Shown: positions 19,953 to 30,467, counted from the first letter of the stretch. The stretch: DNA of 64,000 bases from Terriglobia bacterium (GCA_965218585.1 CBDCLE010000011.1:1-64000), one strand, 5' to 3'. A program made the numbers and translations. Notes: generated by a model from the sequence alone, not told the origin.

Positions 19953-20528
19953 ATGCTCAATCTCAAATCAATATCGCCGACGCGGTGGCTGGAGCAGGTG
20001 GAAACCCATCTCGAAGAGTTGCTGATCGACCACGCTCTCTGTGAGCAGAAAGCGGCCGGAAACGCCATGAATCTGATCTTCGCCTATTTCGGAAACGAAG
20101 ATCTGTGCCGCGAGTTGACGGTGATCGTCAATGAAGAACTCGAGCATTTCCAGATGGTACGGGAGCTACTCAAGAAACGGGAAATCCCTCTTCGGCGCAA
20201 CAAGCCGACCGGGTACGGGCGACGACTGAACGATCTTGTTCGCAAATCAGAACCCGAACGTGCCATCGATCGGTTGCTCGTTTCAGCCTTGATCGAAGCG
20301 CGATCGTGCGAACGCTTCAGCCTGCTTCGTGAAAACCTCAAGGATCGGGAGCTGGCGGATTTCTACGACAGCCTCCTTGAATCCGAAGCGCGCCACCATA
20401 CCGTTTTTGTGCGGCTCGCCAAGATGTACGCAACTGAAGACGCGGCGCTTGAACGTCTCGAGGCTTTGGCCGATGCAGAAGCGAAGATTATCGAAACCGG
20501 TAGTCGCTTGCCTCGCATGCACAGCTGA
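19953..20528 (+). CDS. miaE: tRNA-(ms2io6A37) hydroxylase
   Basis: LIDHALCEQKAA, EELEHF, LIEARSCERF, ESEARHH and C-terminal RMHS. Confidence 0.93.
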   Translation: MLNLKSISPTRWLEQVETHLEELLIDHALCEQKAAGNAMNLIFAYFGNEDLCRELTVIVNEELEHFQMVRELLKKREIPLRRNKPTGYGRRLNDLVRKSEPERAIDRLLVSALIEARSCERFSLLRENLKDRELADFYDSLLESEARHHTVFVRLAKMYATEDAALERLEALADAEAKIIETGSRLPRMHS

Positions 20529-20585
20529 CGGCTTCAAGAAATCACGACGAGTCTTCGTGGAAGTTCGGAATTCGTCCACCCGGCC

Positions 20586-20615
20586 TTGCGCCACCCCGTG
20601 TAACTTGCGTACCAT
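20586..20615 (+). promoter_or_regulatory. Putative sigma70 promoter of tRNA-Val
   Basis: TTGCGC-N18-TACCAT, 10 nt upstream of the tRNA. Confidence 0.5.
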
Positions 20616-20625
20616 CATGTAATTA

Positions 20626-20698
20626 GGGCGGTTAGCTCAGCTGGAAGAGCATTCGGTTTACACCCGAAAGGTCACAAGTTCGAGCCTTGTACCGCCCA
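20626..20698 (+). tRNA. tRNA-Val (TAC), CCA not encoded
   Basis: GGGCGGT/ACCGCCC acceptor stem, TAGCTCAG D arm, TTCGG-TTTACAC-CCGAA anticodon arm, GTTCGAG T loop. Confidence 0.96.
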
Positions 20699-20818
20699 TT
20701 CCGAAATACCGATCGATGCAAGAGGCGTGGGATCGGAGGACTTCAAGTATCGGATAAGATATTTTGTATCAGCCTGATATAAAGATAGTCTAAAGTAATT
20801 CCTGAATCTTGGCTCTGG

Positions 20819-21817
20819 CTATTGATCTACGATATTGCCGGGCCCGATGGTTCCCAGATCCCCATCTCCCAGCGTGATCCGGATTCCGGTCGTAAAGAGC
20901 AGGTCATTGGAACGCTTGCCGGCCTGCGGATTGCTGAGGTAACGGTCACTCACCGTTGTCTGCCAGTTCAGCCAGTCATTGAGACGTGTGGTTACGGTCG
21001 AATCGAACGTCACGCGGTATTCACCCGGATCGCTCAGGTTGCTGAACAACGCCATGCGTTCGGTCAGTGAAGTTGTCTCGGTGATACGAAACGTCCAGTC
21101 TTCGCCGGCAACGGCTTCTCCGGATCGTCTCCGGACGCCGGAACCGAAGTATTCCTGGTTCGAACTTCCTCCTCCAAAGATCTGGAGCGTGCTTCTCGAT
21201 CCCTCGATCAGGTTCAGGCCCAACCCGCCGCCGACGACAAGACGAAGATCGAGATCCTGAAAACGATCGAACTCGAGATCCGAGAAGCCGAACGTAAAGA
21301 GCCTGGGGTTCAGGTCGATTTCGTAGCGTCCCCCTCCACGCATCGCGTTTGCGGTGGTCAGAGACTCTCCGGACGTCGAGTTGCTCGCGAAGAGCGACGT
21401 GAAGTAGAGGCTGGTCCGGTCGCGTTCGCTGGTGCGAGCGGCCTGCAGGCCAACGTTGACGGTCCTGGTATCCGCGTTGCCGTCGGTCAGGCTGAGTCCT
21501 GCGTCAAGTGCCGCGGTCCAGAGGCGTCCAGGACCTGAACTTGGCTCCTGCTGAAACGTATTCGATTGAATCGTCCCCAGAGAAGGCCGGAGATCACGGC
21601 CCGGGGCGGCGTCGGTGTCTCGAAGAACCTCTTCGATAGCTGCGATGGGCGCATGGATCAAACCCAACAAGTCGGACTCGAGCGTGAGGTGATCGTCTCT
21701 GGTTTCCAGAATCGTTCCTGTAAGACGGTCTCCGTTTATCAGCACGATCTGATCTGCGCGCGCCGGTAAGCACGATAAGACACAGATCAGTGTCACTACT
21801 AGCGTGTCTTTACTCAT
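20819..21817 (-). CDS. DUF481 outer-membrane beta-barrel protein
   Basis: ADQIVLINGDRLTG; GLSLTDGNADT; DRFQDLDLR. Confidence 0.85.
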   Translation of the reverse strand: MSKDTLVVTLICVLSCLPARADQIVLINGDRLTGTILETRDDHLTLESDLLGLIHAPIAAIEEVLRDTDAAPGRDLRPSLGTIQSNTFQQEPSSGPGRLWTAALDAGLSLTDGNADTRTVNVGLQAARTSERDRTSLYFTSLFASNSTSGESLTTANAMRGGGRYEIDLNPRLFTFGFSDLEFDRFQDLDLRLVVGGGLGLNLIEGSRSTLQIFGGGSSNQEYFGSGVRRRSGEAVAGEDWTFRITETTSLTERMALFSNLSDPGEYRVTFDSTVTTRLNDWLNWQTTVSDRYLSNPQAGKRSNDLLFTTGIRITLGDGDLGTIGPGNIVDQ

Positions 21818-22671
21818 TGGATGTCTCGGTTCAGAGGAATGTCTTCCTCGAAAAGGAACTCGCGAAGTTCCGCAATCGGCTGAAATCCCAAGCCCATGAT
21901 CGCCCCTTCGTGGATCCCGGCGTCCAGCGTGAAGCGCGTCTTAGGTTCTGGAGTCGCATCGAAAAGGGCCGACCCGAGCGCGTAAGGTACGACCGGATCT
22001 CGCCGGTCGTGTACAAAGACTACCGGCACACCGACAGCGGCAATCTTGCTGAGCGAGTCATAGCGGGTGTTGAGGAGCCAATCGATCGGAATGTGGAATC
22101 TGTGGCGAATCATCGCCGACACGCTCGTAAAAGGGGCTTCAAGGATCATGCCGCCGACGGGCACCTTCGAAGCCAGATCGACGGTCACTCCCGTACCGAG
22201 CGACTGGCCCATGAGATAGATGGCTCCCGGAGGGAATCCCCTCGAAAGCATGAGGTCGTAGGCGGCCCGGATGTCGGCATAGGTGCCTTGCTCCGACGGA
22301 CGACCTTCGCTGAGGCCATAGCCCCGATAGTCGTACATGAAGACATTGACCCGGAGTTCTTCCATCAGAAAGTCGCCCATCTCGGCCCGGTAACCGATGT
22401 TGCCGCCGTTCCCGTGACTGAGAACCAGGACATTCGGACCCTCGGCTCCGATCAGCCATCCGTGCAGGCGGACACCGTCTCCGGTTTCGAAATAGATATC
22501 CTCGTAATCACTCCGGGGTGAGGCGCCGAGGCCAGGCTCTGGAAAGTAAATCAGACGATGTTCAAAGAACTGTACGTACAAGACCAGCCCGATAGTGGTC
22601 GCCAGTGCGATTCGAAGGATTGACGCGAGGACCTTCCAGGCGACTGAAGCTGGGGCAGGCCAGTCCACCAC
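21814..22671 (-). CDS. Alpha/beta hydrolase (ABHD12/13-like)
   Basis: HGNGGNI, YDYRGYGLSEG, GQSLG and LEAPFTS. Confidence 0.9.
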   Translation of the reverse strand: MVDWPAPASVAWKVLASILRIALATTIGLVLYVQFFEHRLIYFPEPGLGASPRSDYEDIYFETGDGVRLHGWLIGAEGPNVLVLSHGNGGNIGYRAEMGDFLMEELRVNVFMYDYRGYGLSEGRPSEQGTYADIRAAYDLMLSRGFPPGAIYLMGQSLGTGVTVDLASKVPVGGMILEAPFTSVSAMIRHRFHIPIDWLLNTRYDSLSKIAAVGVPVVFVHDRRDPVVPYALGSALFDATPEPKTRFTLDAGIHEGAIMGLGFQPIAELREFLFEEDIPLNRDIQ

Positions 22672-22677
22672 CGTCCC

Positions 22678-23739
22678 CTATGCCAGAAACGCGCGCAGGA
22701 CGAACCAGTAGAAGCCCAGGCACATGATCCCGACCGAGGACACCGACATCACGTGCTGCTTCCAGCGCGACCGTCCGATATAGAGGAGAAGAGGGAACAG
22801 GACTGCCACGAAAATAAGCTGTCCGATCTCGACGCCGAAATTGAAGGAGAAGAGCGAAGCCGCGAGCCGGCTTCTGCCCAGGCCCATTTCCCGCAGTACG
22901 TTAGAGAATCCAAAGCCATGAACAAGACCGAACAGAGATGTGACCATCCATCGGTGGACCAGGTTGCGTCCGATAAAATTTTCAATCGCGACATAAGCGA
23001 TGCTGAGCGCAATCAAGCTCTCGATCAGGCGCGACGGCAACACCACGACCCCGAGCGTTGCCAGAACCAAAGTCACACTGTGCCCGATCGTAAAGCAGGT
23101 AACGATCTTCGTCAGTGAGAGCAGGGTGGTTGTGGCCATGAGCAATGCCACCAGGAAAGCCAGATGATCGTAACCCGTAAAGATGTGTTCGATTCCGAGC
23201 TCCACAAAATCGAAGATCGTAACCCAGAACGGGATTCCAGTAGCGTAATCGATGTCGATGTCGGGGTAGCCCGCGTCCAGGACAGCAGTCCGCGCTTCAT
23301 CTCCTTCGCCAATCTGTAGGAGATGCTGGTGGTTCTCCTGCGTGATTCTGTCCAGGTTTGAGACCACCCGCAGATCTGTGACGTCGGCTCCAAACTCGTA
23401 GACAACACGAAGACGGGCGACGTTTTCGGCCGTAAGAGAGTACTCCTCGAGCGTCGTGGTCAGCGGGGGACCGGGGCCTCCTAGCTGATAATTTGCCCGG
23501 ATGGCTCGAAACAGTGCATCGATGCCCTCCTCGAGTTCGGCGGAGTCCACCCGCCCATCTTGGTCGAGATCGATCTGTGGTCCGGAGTGAAAGTCGGTTG
23601 CACTGAAGGTCAGCGTGATCCGGACGTCGGTTCCTTCTACCTCGATCAGCGAGTAACTTGTCGAAAAGTCGTGGGCGAGGAGGGGTCCTCCGAAGATGAG
23701 AACGAAGGCGATGATACCGGGGAGGATCTTTCTATGCAT
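22678..23739 (-). CDS. HupE/UreJ-family protein
   Basis: LGIEHIFTGYDHLAF, FTIGHSVTL, FGLVHGFGF and FNFGVEIGQ. Confidence 0.9.
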   Translation of the reverse strand: MHRKILPGIIAFVLIFGGPLLAHDFSTSYSLIEVEGTDVRITLTFSATDFHSGPQIDLDQDGRVDSAELEEGIDALFRAIRANYQLGGPGPPLTTTLEEYSLTAENVARLRVVYEFGADVTDLRVVSNLDRITQENHQHLLQIGEGDEARTAVLDAGYPDIDIDYATGIPFWVTIFDFVELGIEHIFTGYDHLAFLVALLMATTTLLSLTKIVTCFTIGHSVTLVLATLGVVVLPSRLIESLIALSIAYVAIENFIGRNLVHRWMVTSLFGLVHGFGFSNVLREMGLGRSRLAASLFSFNFGVEIGQLIFVAVLFPLLLYIGRSRWKQHVMSVSSVGIMCLGFYWFVLRAFLA

Positions 23740-23859
23740 TCGTCGCTCGCAAGTGGCCTGCTGGCGGTCACCGGCCGTATACTGCGTGATTGTACTGGCC
23801 GTCGTTCGCCACAGTCAATCAGGTCGATCCGGGGCATTGTCCCGAGGAGGAGGGAAGAA

Positions 23860-24354
23860 ATGTATGTACTTGCACTTGTCGTGCTTCCACCCCTCTTCGT
23901 GTTCGGTATCTATCACCTGTCGCTGTGGCTCAATGTTGCGGGCATTCGCAGCCGGGTATTCTGGCGCCGTGTCGCACTCGCATCCGCCATATCCCACGGG
24001 GTCCTCGCCCTCGGATTCTTTCTCTTCTCCTGGTTGGACTACCGGATGAGTGGGGATATCGCGGGCGTCAATCAGTCCTTCGAATCGTTTCTCTTTAACA
24101 CATCTCCTTTCTGGAGCCTGATGTCCGTTTTTGACACGATCGCGATGGTCGTCCTATTGGGCGTCTTTGGCACACTGGATAATCTCGGTGTCGGCTTTGG
24201 GCCCGTCGTTGGATTGACCGCGGCGGTTGTCTTTCTGGTTGGCACACTGCAATGGTACTGGGTGGGCGGGAGTATCGGAGCCGCTTTCGAGCGTTTATGG
24301 TCCGGGCTGAAAGGGCCTGACGACGATCCTGGAGGCGGGCGGCCCTGGCTCTGA
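23860..24354 (+). CDS. Hypothetical membrane protein
   Basis: GGAGG upstream; about 4 TM segments. Confidence 0.65.
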   Translation: MYVLALVVLPPLFVFGIYHLSLWLNVAGIRSRVFWRRVALASAISHGVLALGFFLFSWLDYRMSGDIAGVNQSFESFLFNTSPFWSLMSVFDTIAMVVLLGVFGTLDNLGVGFGPVVGLTAAVVFLVGTLQWYWVGGSIGAAFERLWSGLKGPDDDPGGGRPWL

Positions 24355-24368
24355 GATGTCGGACGATG

Positions 24369-24953
24369 CTAAGTCGCCGGCTGGCGCTTTCCTTCGGGCA
24401 GAACCGATTCGTCGTTGAGGGGGCCGATACCTCGTTCGGAGGTTGTAGGCTCCGAAGTGTTCCGGCAGTCGAAGTAGTCCCACCGGTTCAGGTGATCCAA
24501 GACAAACACCTCATCGAAAGCCAGAAAGAGCATCGGTAGTAGGAACGTCTTTCGGACGTCATGAATCTTGAAGACCACGTGAAACCCCTGCTTCGTCAGC
24601 TCACCCCACTCTGCTCGCTCGTCGTCGCTAAACGCAGTGATGTTGTCGTTCAACACGTCACGCAGGAACCGGAGCTTGAATCCGTCGTGGAGGTGATTGG
24701 TCGCGACAATCATTTTATCGTTGTCATGGAACACGATCGCTTTGCTGTTGCCCCGATGGGACACAAGTTGGACGAGGGCAATAACGATGGTTGCCAGGGC
24801 GACCAGGCTGATCAGGACCAGCAGCAACTGCCCGAACTCACTACTCTCGGAAAATCCGCGCCAAACGCCTACAAGAACAACGAACCCCAGCGCGAGGCCC
24901 AACATGTTGCCTGTTCGCATCCTGTTAATCTCCCGACGAGGAAAAATCACCAT
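24369..24953 (-). CDS. Hypothetical membrane-anchored protein
   Basis: AGGAG RBS; two N-terminal TM helices. Confidence 0.6.
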   Translation of the reverse strand: MVIFPRREINRMRTGNMLGLALGFVVLVGVWRGFSESSEFGQLLLVLISLVALATIVIALVQLVSHRGNSKAIVFHDNDKMIVATNHLHDGFKLRFLRDVLNDNITAFSDDERAEWGELTKQGFHVVFKIHDVRKTFLLPMLFLAFDEVFVLDHLNRWDYFDCRNTSEPTTSERGIGPLNDESVLPEGKRQPAT

Positions 24954-25109
24954 GAATCAGCTCCTTCTAACGACATCCGGCTATTCATTATAGCAACTTG
25001 CGGAAAAAGACCTCCTCTGGCAAAAACGACCAAAGACAAACACCGGGGTCTGAACAGAGAGACCCTGGAGTCCAAAGTGGGCTCCCCGCACCAGGCTGGA
25101 ATCGGGCCG

Positions 25110-27173
25110 TCATTCTTCCGGGTAGAGGGTCCGATTGCGGTAGACGACCCAGACCAGTGCCAGCGTCGATCCGAGGGCGAACGCATACATGGGGATAGGT
25201 AGCTGGTCGATCGGGATCTCATACTGTGCCAGCAGGAGTGCGAGTGCGTTGTTCCCGAAATGAAGGAGCATCCCCGGGAATATCGATCCCGTCATCAGGG
25301 CGACGGCGGTAATGACGATCCCGATGACTCCTGTCGTGACAATGCGGAACAGGCTGAAATGGAAGAACCCGAAGACCAGGCCGACTACCAGAGCGAGGAC
25401 CGGCAGGGAAAACCTGCGCCTGAGTCCATAAAGAAGCGGGCCACGGAACGCAATTTCTTCGAAGACTCCAGGTAGCACCGCAAAGAGGACCAATATCTGC
25501 CAGGCGGGAACGCCCTCAAAAGAAAACTGTTCACCCAGCTGTTCCAGGTAACTCTGCGGTATCGGGAAGACTGTATTTGCGAAACGGTTGACGAGGGCCG
25601 TCATCAGATGCAGCGGTCCGACCAGCAGGAGCAGAATCGGCCAGAGAGAGAACCGCACCGACCTCAAAGCCAGAGCTCGAGCGGCTTTGAGCCTGTAGAC
25701 CCTGAGGATCAGTAAAGATCCTCCCCCAAGCACGACGATCTCGTTGAACAGGACCTGGATCCTTAAATCAGAAAGGGCCGGAACGGACGCGGCCCCGACA
25801 AACAGAACCGCCCACAACACCCCATACCAGCGCCACAGGTGCAAACGAAATGCTGCCAGGCCGGCCACCCCCTCCGGGTGCTGTTCCTGCTTGGCTGTTA
25901 CCAGTCGTTCGTCTCCAAGCAGCGCGGTCGAGTATTGCAGGACCCACACCGCTGCCAGGGAATTGACGGCCAAGACCACCAGAAGCATCCACCAGTCGGG
26001 GTGACCGCTGAGCAGGTCCCGGACCCCAATGCTGACGTTGGCCAACGGGATCAGCGCGATCGCTGAACGCAGTGGGATGTCACCCACAGCCCCCGCTGCG
26101 GCAGGAAACATCCCGACGAGGTAAACAGGGAAAAAATAAAGCTGTGCTTCCTTGTACGACTTTGCATATGCGGACAGGAGCAGTAGAACGCCCGCAATGA
26201 GTGCGCTAAACGGGACGTACAGCAGAACGATGGCAACTGCGGCAGGAAAGCTCGGCTGGAAACTGAATCCCTCGGGTAAAGGAAGGATGTCCAGGCCCGT
26301 GTAGACCAGAAGGTTTGCGATCTGGAGCAGGGCAATAGCCAGCGCGGCGGTCAGTATCACGAACTGCTTCGCGGCAATGATCTCGGAACGGCCGGCAGCC
26401 GTTGTCAGCAGCGTCTCCAACGTACCACGTTCCTTTTCCCCCGCGATGATATCCATCGCCACGACGGATCCACCGGTCAAAATAAGAACGAACAGAAGCA
26501 GGGTCAGAAACCGTCCGACGAGCAAACCGGAAGTCTGTGCCTGGGACGCAACGTTGACTTCACCGAGAGAGAGAAGGTTCCGAAGTTCGAGTTCAAGACC
26601 TTCGGACCGTAAGGCCCGCTCGGCTTCGATTCGACGCGCGTAGACGAGGAGATCGGCCATCCGAGCTGCCCCGGCAGCGGTAGTTGCACGGTTTCCCGGC
26701 AAGAGGATTCGGATTGCGGGGACGCCGTCAATCCGCTGCCCGAGTCTGTTGGATGAGTCCGGAGACGCTTCGTTTTCTTCCCCGTCCTGATCCCATTCCA
26801 GGTCGGCCCTGGCGGGGCTGAAGGTTTCCAGATAGAAGTCCAGCTCGCCGGAACGTACGCTTTCGGCGGGGTCGGCCGCCGTCGTTTCTTCATACCGGAA
26901 ATTCTCGAGGTCGGAGTCTGGATCGTTAAGGGCGCGGCCGGCTCCGTTCTCGATCAGCCCCCGGGTCTGGCTGATCCAATCCCCGCCGATCACGTACCGG
27001 TACACGGTGGACGCCTCTTGGCGCTCCTGAAGGTTCGTGCTGAAGCGGGTGGCCATCAGCATCAGCGGCATAACAAGAATTGGAAGGACAACCGAAAGAA
27101 TGATCGTTCGGCGGGATCGCAAGAGCGTTCGCCACTCGAGGGTCCAGATCAGTCGAATGGTCTTCCAGTCCAT
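25110..27173 (-). CDS. NatB-like ABC-2 permease fused to a CPBP (CAAX) intramembrane protease
   Basis: AGEKERGTLETLL; FEEIAFRG, FGFFH and LHFGNN. Confidence 0.9.
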   Translation of the reverse strand: MDWKTIRLIWTLEWRTLLRSRRTIILSVVLPILVMPLMLMATRFSTNLQERQEASTVYRYVIGGDWISQTRGLIENGAGRALNDPDSDLENFRYEETTAADPAESVRSGELDFYLETFSPARADLEWDQDGEENEASPDSSNRLGQRIDGVPAIRILLPGNRATTAAGAARMADLLVYARRIEAERALRSEGLELELRNLLSLGEVNVASQAQTSGLLVGRFLTLLLFVLILTGGSVVAMDIIAGEKERGTLETLLTTAAGRSEIIAAKQFVILTAALAIALLQIANLLVYTGLDILPLPEGFSFQPSFPAAVAIVLLYVPFSALIAGVLLLLSAYAKSYKEAQLYFFPVYLVGMFPAAAGAVGDIPLRSAIALIPLANVSIGVRDLLSGHPDWWMLLVVLAVNSLAAVWVLQYSTALLGDERLVTAKQEQHPEGVAGLAAFRLHLWRWYGVLWAVLFVGAASVPALSDLRIQVLFNEIVVLGGGSLLILRVYRLKAARALALRSVRFSLWPILLLLVGPLHLMTALVNRFANTVFPIPQSYLEQLGEQFSFEGVPAWQILVLFAVLPGVFEEIAFRGPLLYGLRRRFSLPVLALVVGLVFGFFHFSLFRIVTTGVIGIVITAVALMTGSIFPGMLLHFGNNALALLLAQYEIPIDQLPIPMYAFALGSTLALVWVVYRNRTLYPEE

Positions 27174-27176
27174 CGA

Positions 27177-27917
27177 TCAGTCTCCGCGGGCATAACGAAG
27201 AAAAATATCTTCGAGGTAGTGCTCGCCCGTCTTTTCGCGCAGGCCCTCCAGAGTGTCCGACACCAGGATCCGGCCGCCGTGGATGATCGCGATTCGATCG
27301 CAAAGTTTTTCGGCTTCGCTCATGATGTGCGTGGAAAAGAGAATCGTCTTTCCTTCGTCCCGAAGCTGGGCGATTTCGGCATGGACTTCGAGTGCGTTTA
27401 TGACGTCCAGGCCCACAGTCGGTTCGTCAAAAATGAGAACAGGAGGGTCGTGCGCCAGCGTCCGTGCGATAGAAACTTTCTGTTTCATCCCTGAGGACAG
27501 TTTTTCCACACGGGCATCGGCATAGTCGGAGATCTTGAAACGCTCTATGAGTTCTTCGACCCGGTGGGAGAGGTCGGCGCCGGGATAGTGGTTAACGCTG
27601 GCGAAGAACTCGATGGTTTCCCGCGGTGTTAATCTCGGATAAAGAGCGGTTGTCGAAGAATAGAAACCAAGGTGCTGGCGGGCTTCGGTGGGATCGCGGA
27701 CCACGTCATGGCCCATGATTGCAGCCTGACCGGACGTGGGAAGGATGATCGTCGAGAGCATCCTCAGTGTGGTTGTTTTTCCCGCACCGTTGGCACCCAG
27801 CAGGCCGAGAATTTCACCCTGTCGTGCTTCAAAGCTCAACCCATCGATGGCACGAACCTCGCCGCGCGCTTCGTCATGAAACGTTTTCCCGAGGTCCAGC
27901 GCCGTGACGGTTACCAT
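27177..27917 (-). CDS. NatA-like ABC ATP-binding protein
   Basis: GANGAGKTT, LSSGMKQK and IFDEPTVGLD. Confidence 0.92.
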   Translation of the reverse strand: MVTVTALDLGKTFHDEARGEVRAIDGLSFEARQGEILGLLGANGAGKTTTLRMLSTIILPTSGQAAIMGHDVVRDPTEARQHLGFYSSTTALYPRLTPRETIEFFASVNHYPGADLSHRVEELIERFKISDYADARVEKLSSGMKQKVSIARTLAHDPPVLIFDEPTVGLDVINALEVHAEIAQLRDEGKTILFSTHIMSEAEKLCDRIAIIHGGRILVSDTLEGLREKTGEHYLEDIFLRYARGD

Positions 27918-27948
27918 TCCAGAGGCCTCAAGTCGGTCGTCGGATCCA

Positions 27949-29268
27949 TCATTTTGATTGCCCCCGTCCCAGAATCTCGGTCTTGAAAAAACGTCCCACC
28001 CCTCCGTCATGTCCACCGAGCAGAAAAGCTTCGTAGGACAGAATCTTGTTCGCCAGAGCAAGGGCGAGAGCAATCGTCATGACTTCTACCGCCACAGTCA
28101 TGCCGATAAGGGGCCACTGGTAGATCCCCTCGATAGCCTCGCGAAACATCAGTGTGACGTTCACTATCGGAACGAGAGCCAATTGGGGCGTCAGGCGAAT
28201 GTCGGGGGCCTGGAGAAACATGACCGGAATCAGGATCGCGATGTAGAAGGGGCCGATCATGGACTGTCCTTCACGAAAAGTCCGTGCGAAGGAAGCCAGA
28301 ACCATCATACCTGCCGAAACAAAGAGAGCCATCAGCCCAGCGCCCAGCACAACGACTCCGATCGTGGTGAAAGGAAGGCGAACGCTCAGACCAGAGGCGT
28401 TCTCTCCGACAAGAGGGATCAGTATGGAGCGGAGCGAGATTGTGATGGCGGCCACATTGAGCATTCCGGCCGTGAACGACATCGTCGCGACATACAAATA
28501 TTTTGCGATGACGATACTGCTGCGCCTTGCCGAAATCGTCATCAGGGTCTCCCATGTCGCGTTTTCCCTCTCCCCTGCGGTCGAGTCGATCGCGGGATAG
28601 ACTGCGCCGACTACAAGCATGATGACCGTCAAAAGAGGAACGAGAAGTCCGAGGACGAACCGCCCCATTTCGTTGCTGCTGGCCAGATTTTCCTGTTCGA
28701 CCCACACCTGCTGGATCGTGGCCTCGGCAATCCCGGCCTCCCGGGCCCGGTCGAGAAGGTACTGCTGGCGATAATCGGAAAGATAACCTTCCAGCCTGGT
28801 CCGGGCCGAACGGCTCCGGTCGCGGGGTCCGTCGTAGCGTACGGTGACCTCGGAGCGTGGAACAACTCTTCGGAGGCCCTCGACTGGGGCGAATTCGACG
28901 ACTACGTCAAGGGCACCCGAGGCAACCCATTCCTCGGGAGAATCGACGGAGAATATCTCCACCGATGGCTGGTCCCGGAGAAAGACCTCAAACGGAGCGT
29001 GCGTTGCGGGTACGCCTGTCAGCGCCACCCGGGCTGTCAGGTTTTCCGACTGACCTGCAATGAAGGAGACACCCGAGTAGGCCAACCACAACATGGCCGG
29101 GTAGAGAAGAATGGGCAGGATGATGCTGTTGATGACGATGTTGCGTTCGCGCAGGGCGGAGCGCAACTCGCGCTTATAGAGTGTCCCTATTTCAGCAAGA
29201 CGGTCTGTCAACGGCGTGTTCCATCCTCCCGGAGGGAGCCGGCTCCTAATTCCGGTCTCCGCTGTCAC
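27949..29268 (-). CDS. NatB-like ABC-2 permease
   Basis: KRELRSALRER; AIDSTAGERENATWETL. Confidence 0.88.
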   Translation of the reverse strand: MTAETGIRSRLPPGGWNTPLTDRLAEIGTLYKRELRSALRERNIVINSIILPILLYPAMLWLAYSGVSFIAGQSENLTARVALTGVPATHAPFEVFLRDQPSVEIFSVDSPEEWVASGALDVVVEFAPVEGLRRVVPRSEVTVRYDGPRDRSRSARTRLEGYLSDYRQQYLLDRAREAGIAEATIQQVWVEQENLASSNEMGRFVLGLLVPLLTVIMLVVGAVYPAIDSTAGERENATWETLMTISARRSSIVIAKYLYVATMSFTAGMLNVAAITISLRSILIPLVGENASGLSVRLPFTTIGVVVLGAGLMALFVSAGMMVLASFARTFREGQSMIGPFYIAILIPVMFLQAPDIRLTPQLALVPIVNVTLMFREAIEGIYQWPLIGMTVAVEVMTIALALALANKILSYEAFLLGGHDGGVGRFFKTEILGRGQSK

Positions 29269-29276
29269 GAGTTGGA

Positions 29277-30464
29277 TTGTACTCTATCCCCGTGGAGTCT
29301 ATTCCTGTGACAACTGTAGCTGCGCTGGTGGCGGCGCTGGTCTGGCTTGGCGCCGGTTTCTATCTCGGGCTGGGCTGGTTGCGATTCGAAGGGCTTGGGA
29401 ATGTAAGCGATCCCTCCGACGTCGACCCGAGGGAACCGGGCACGTTGTCTGTTGTGATAGCAGCGCGTGATGAAGCGGGCAGCATCGCTGAAACACTGAA
29501 AAAGCTCGAGAGTGTGGAGTATCCGAATCTGGAGATTCTGGTCGTCAACGATCGGTCTCGAGACGAGACCGGACGGATCGCCTCCGGGTATATCGGAAAG
29601 CTTAACCGGCTCAGAGTCGTCAACATTGGGACGCTCCCCCAAGAGTGGCTCGGAAAGACACATGCACTTCATGAGGGCTACCGCCTGAGTTCAGGTGCGT
29701 GGCTGTGTTTTATCGACGCGGATGTCGCCCTGGAACCCGACTGCCTGAGGCGTGCCATGAACGTCGTCCGGAGCCGCAGACTGGACCACCTGTGTTTGTT
29801 TCCGTCTCTGAGAACCCATGGATTTCTTGAAAGCGCGTTTGTCATGGCTTTCGCGCTCTATTTCGGTGCGTACATACAGCCCTGGAAAGCCAAGGATCCG
29901 GCGTCTCGAAAGTTCTGTGGTGTGGGTGCGTTCAATCTGATACGTCGGGACGTTTATGAGGCCATCGGTGGCCACGAGCGCCTGCGGATGGAAGTTGCCG
30001 ACGATATCAAGCTGGGCAAGCTCGTCAAGCAACACGGTTACCGCCAGGACGCGATGGACTCGGACGGGGGCGTCCACCTGCGCTGGCAGACGGGTGGCGC
30101 ACGGGCGTACCTCAAGGGAATTGAGAAGAACGCCTTCGCCGGTGTAGACTACAGCGTCTGGCGTGTTCTGGCGGGCAGTGGGGCGGCGCTCTTCATGAGC
30201 TTTTTCCCCTTTGTCGGTCTGGCCGTCGGTGATCTCACCGCCCGCGTGGCTTCGGTTGTCGCTCTCTCGGTTATTGCTCTCGCATATGGGCCCGTCACCA
30301 GGCCACTGGGCAAGTCCCGTCTCTATTTTTTGACCCACCCATTGGGCGCCGGAATGCTTCTGACCGGGCTGTGGATCTCCACCATAAAGACGCTCTGGCG
30401 GGGCGCTGTCGTATGGCGGGGAACCTCTTACCCCCTCCGGCTACTGAAGAAACATCTGGTTTGA
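29277..30464 (+). CDS. GT2 glycosyltransferase (HpnB/CrtQ-like)
   Basis: AARDE, NDRSRD, WLGKTHAL, FIDADV and EVADD. Confidence 0.9.
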   Translation: MYSIPVESIPVTTVAALVAALVWLGAGFYLGLGWLRFEGLGNVSDPSDVDPREPGTLSVVIAARDEAGSIAETLKKLESVEYPNLEILVVNDRSRDETGRIASGYIGKLNRLRVVNIGTLPQEWLGKTHALHEGYRLSSGAWLCFIDADVALEPDCLRRAMNVVRSRRLDHLCLFPSLRTHGFLESAFVMAFALYFGAYIQPWKAKDPASRKFCGVGAFNLIRRDVYEAIGGHERLRMEVADDIKLGKLVKQHGYRQDAMDSDGGVHLRWQTGGARAYLKGIEKNAFAGVDYSVWRVLAGSGAALFMSFFPFVGLAVGDLTARVASVVALSVIALAYGPVTRPLGKSRLYFLTHPLGAGMLLTGLWISTIKTLWRGAVVWRGTSYPLRLLKKHLV

Positions 30465-30467
30465 GAT

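Noticed and set aside
27958-29310. Long antisense ORFs (also 3781-4740, 6589-7728, 47761-49017 and others)
   Set aside because: Shadow frames of GC-rich genes on the opposite strand; no motifs
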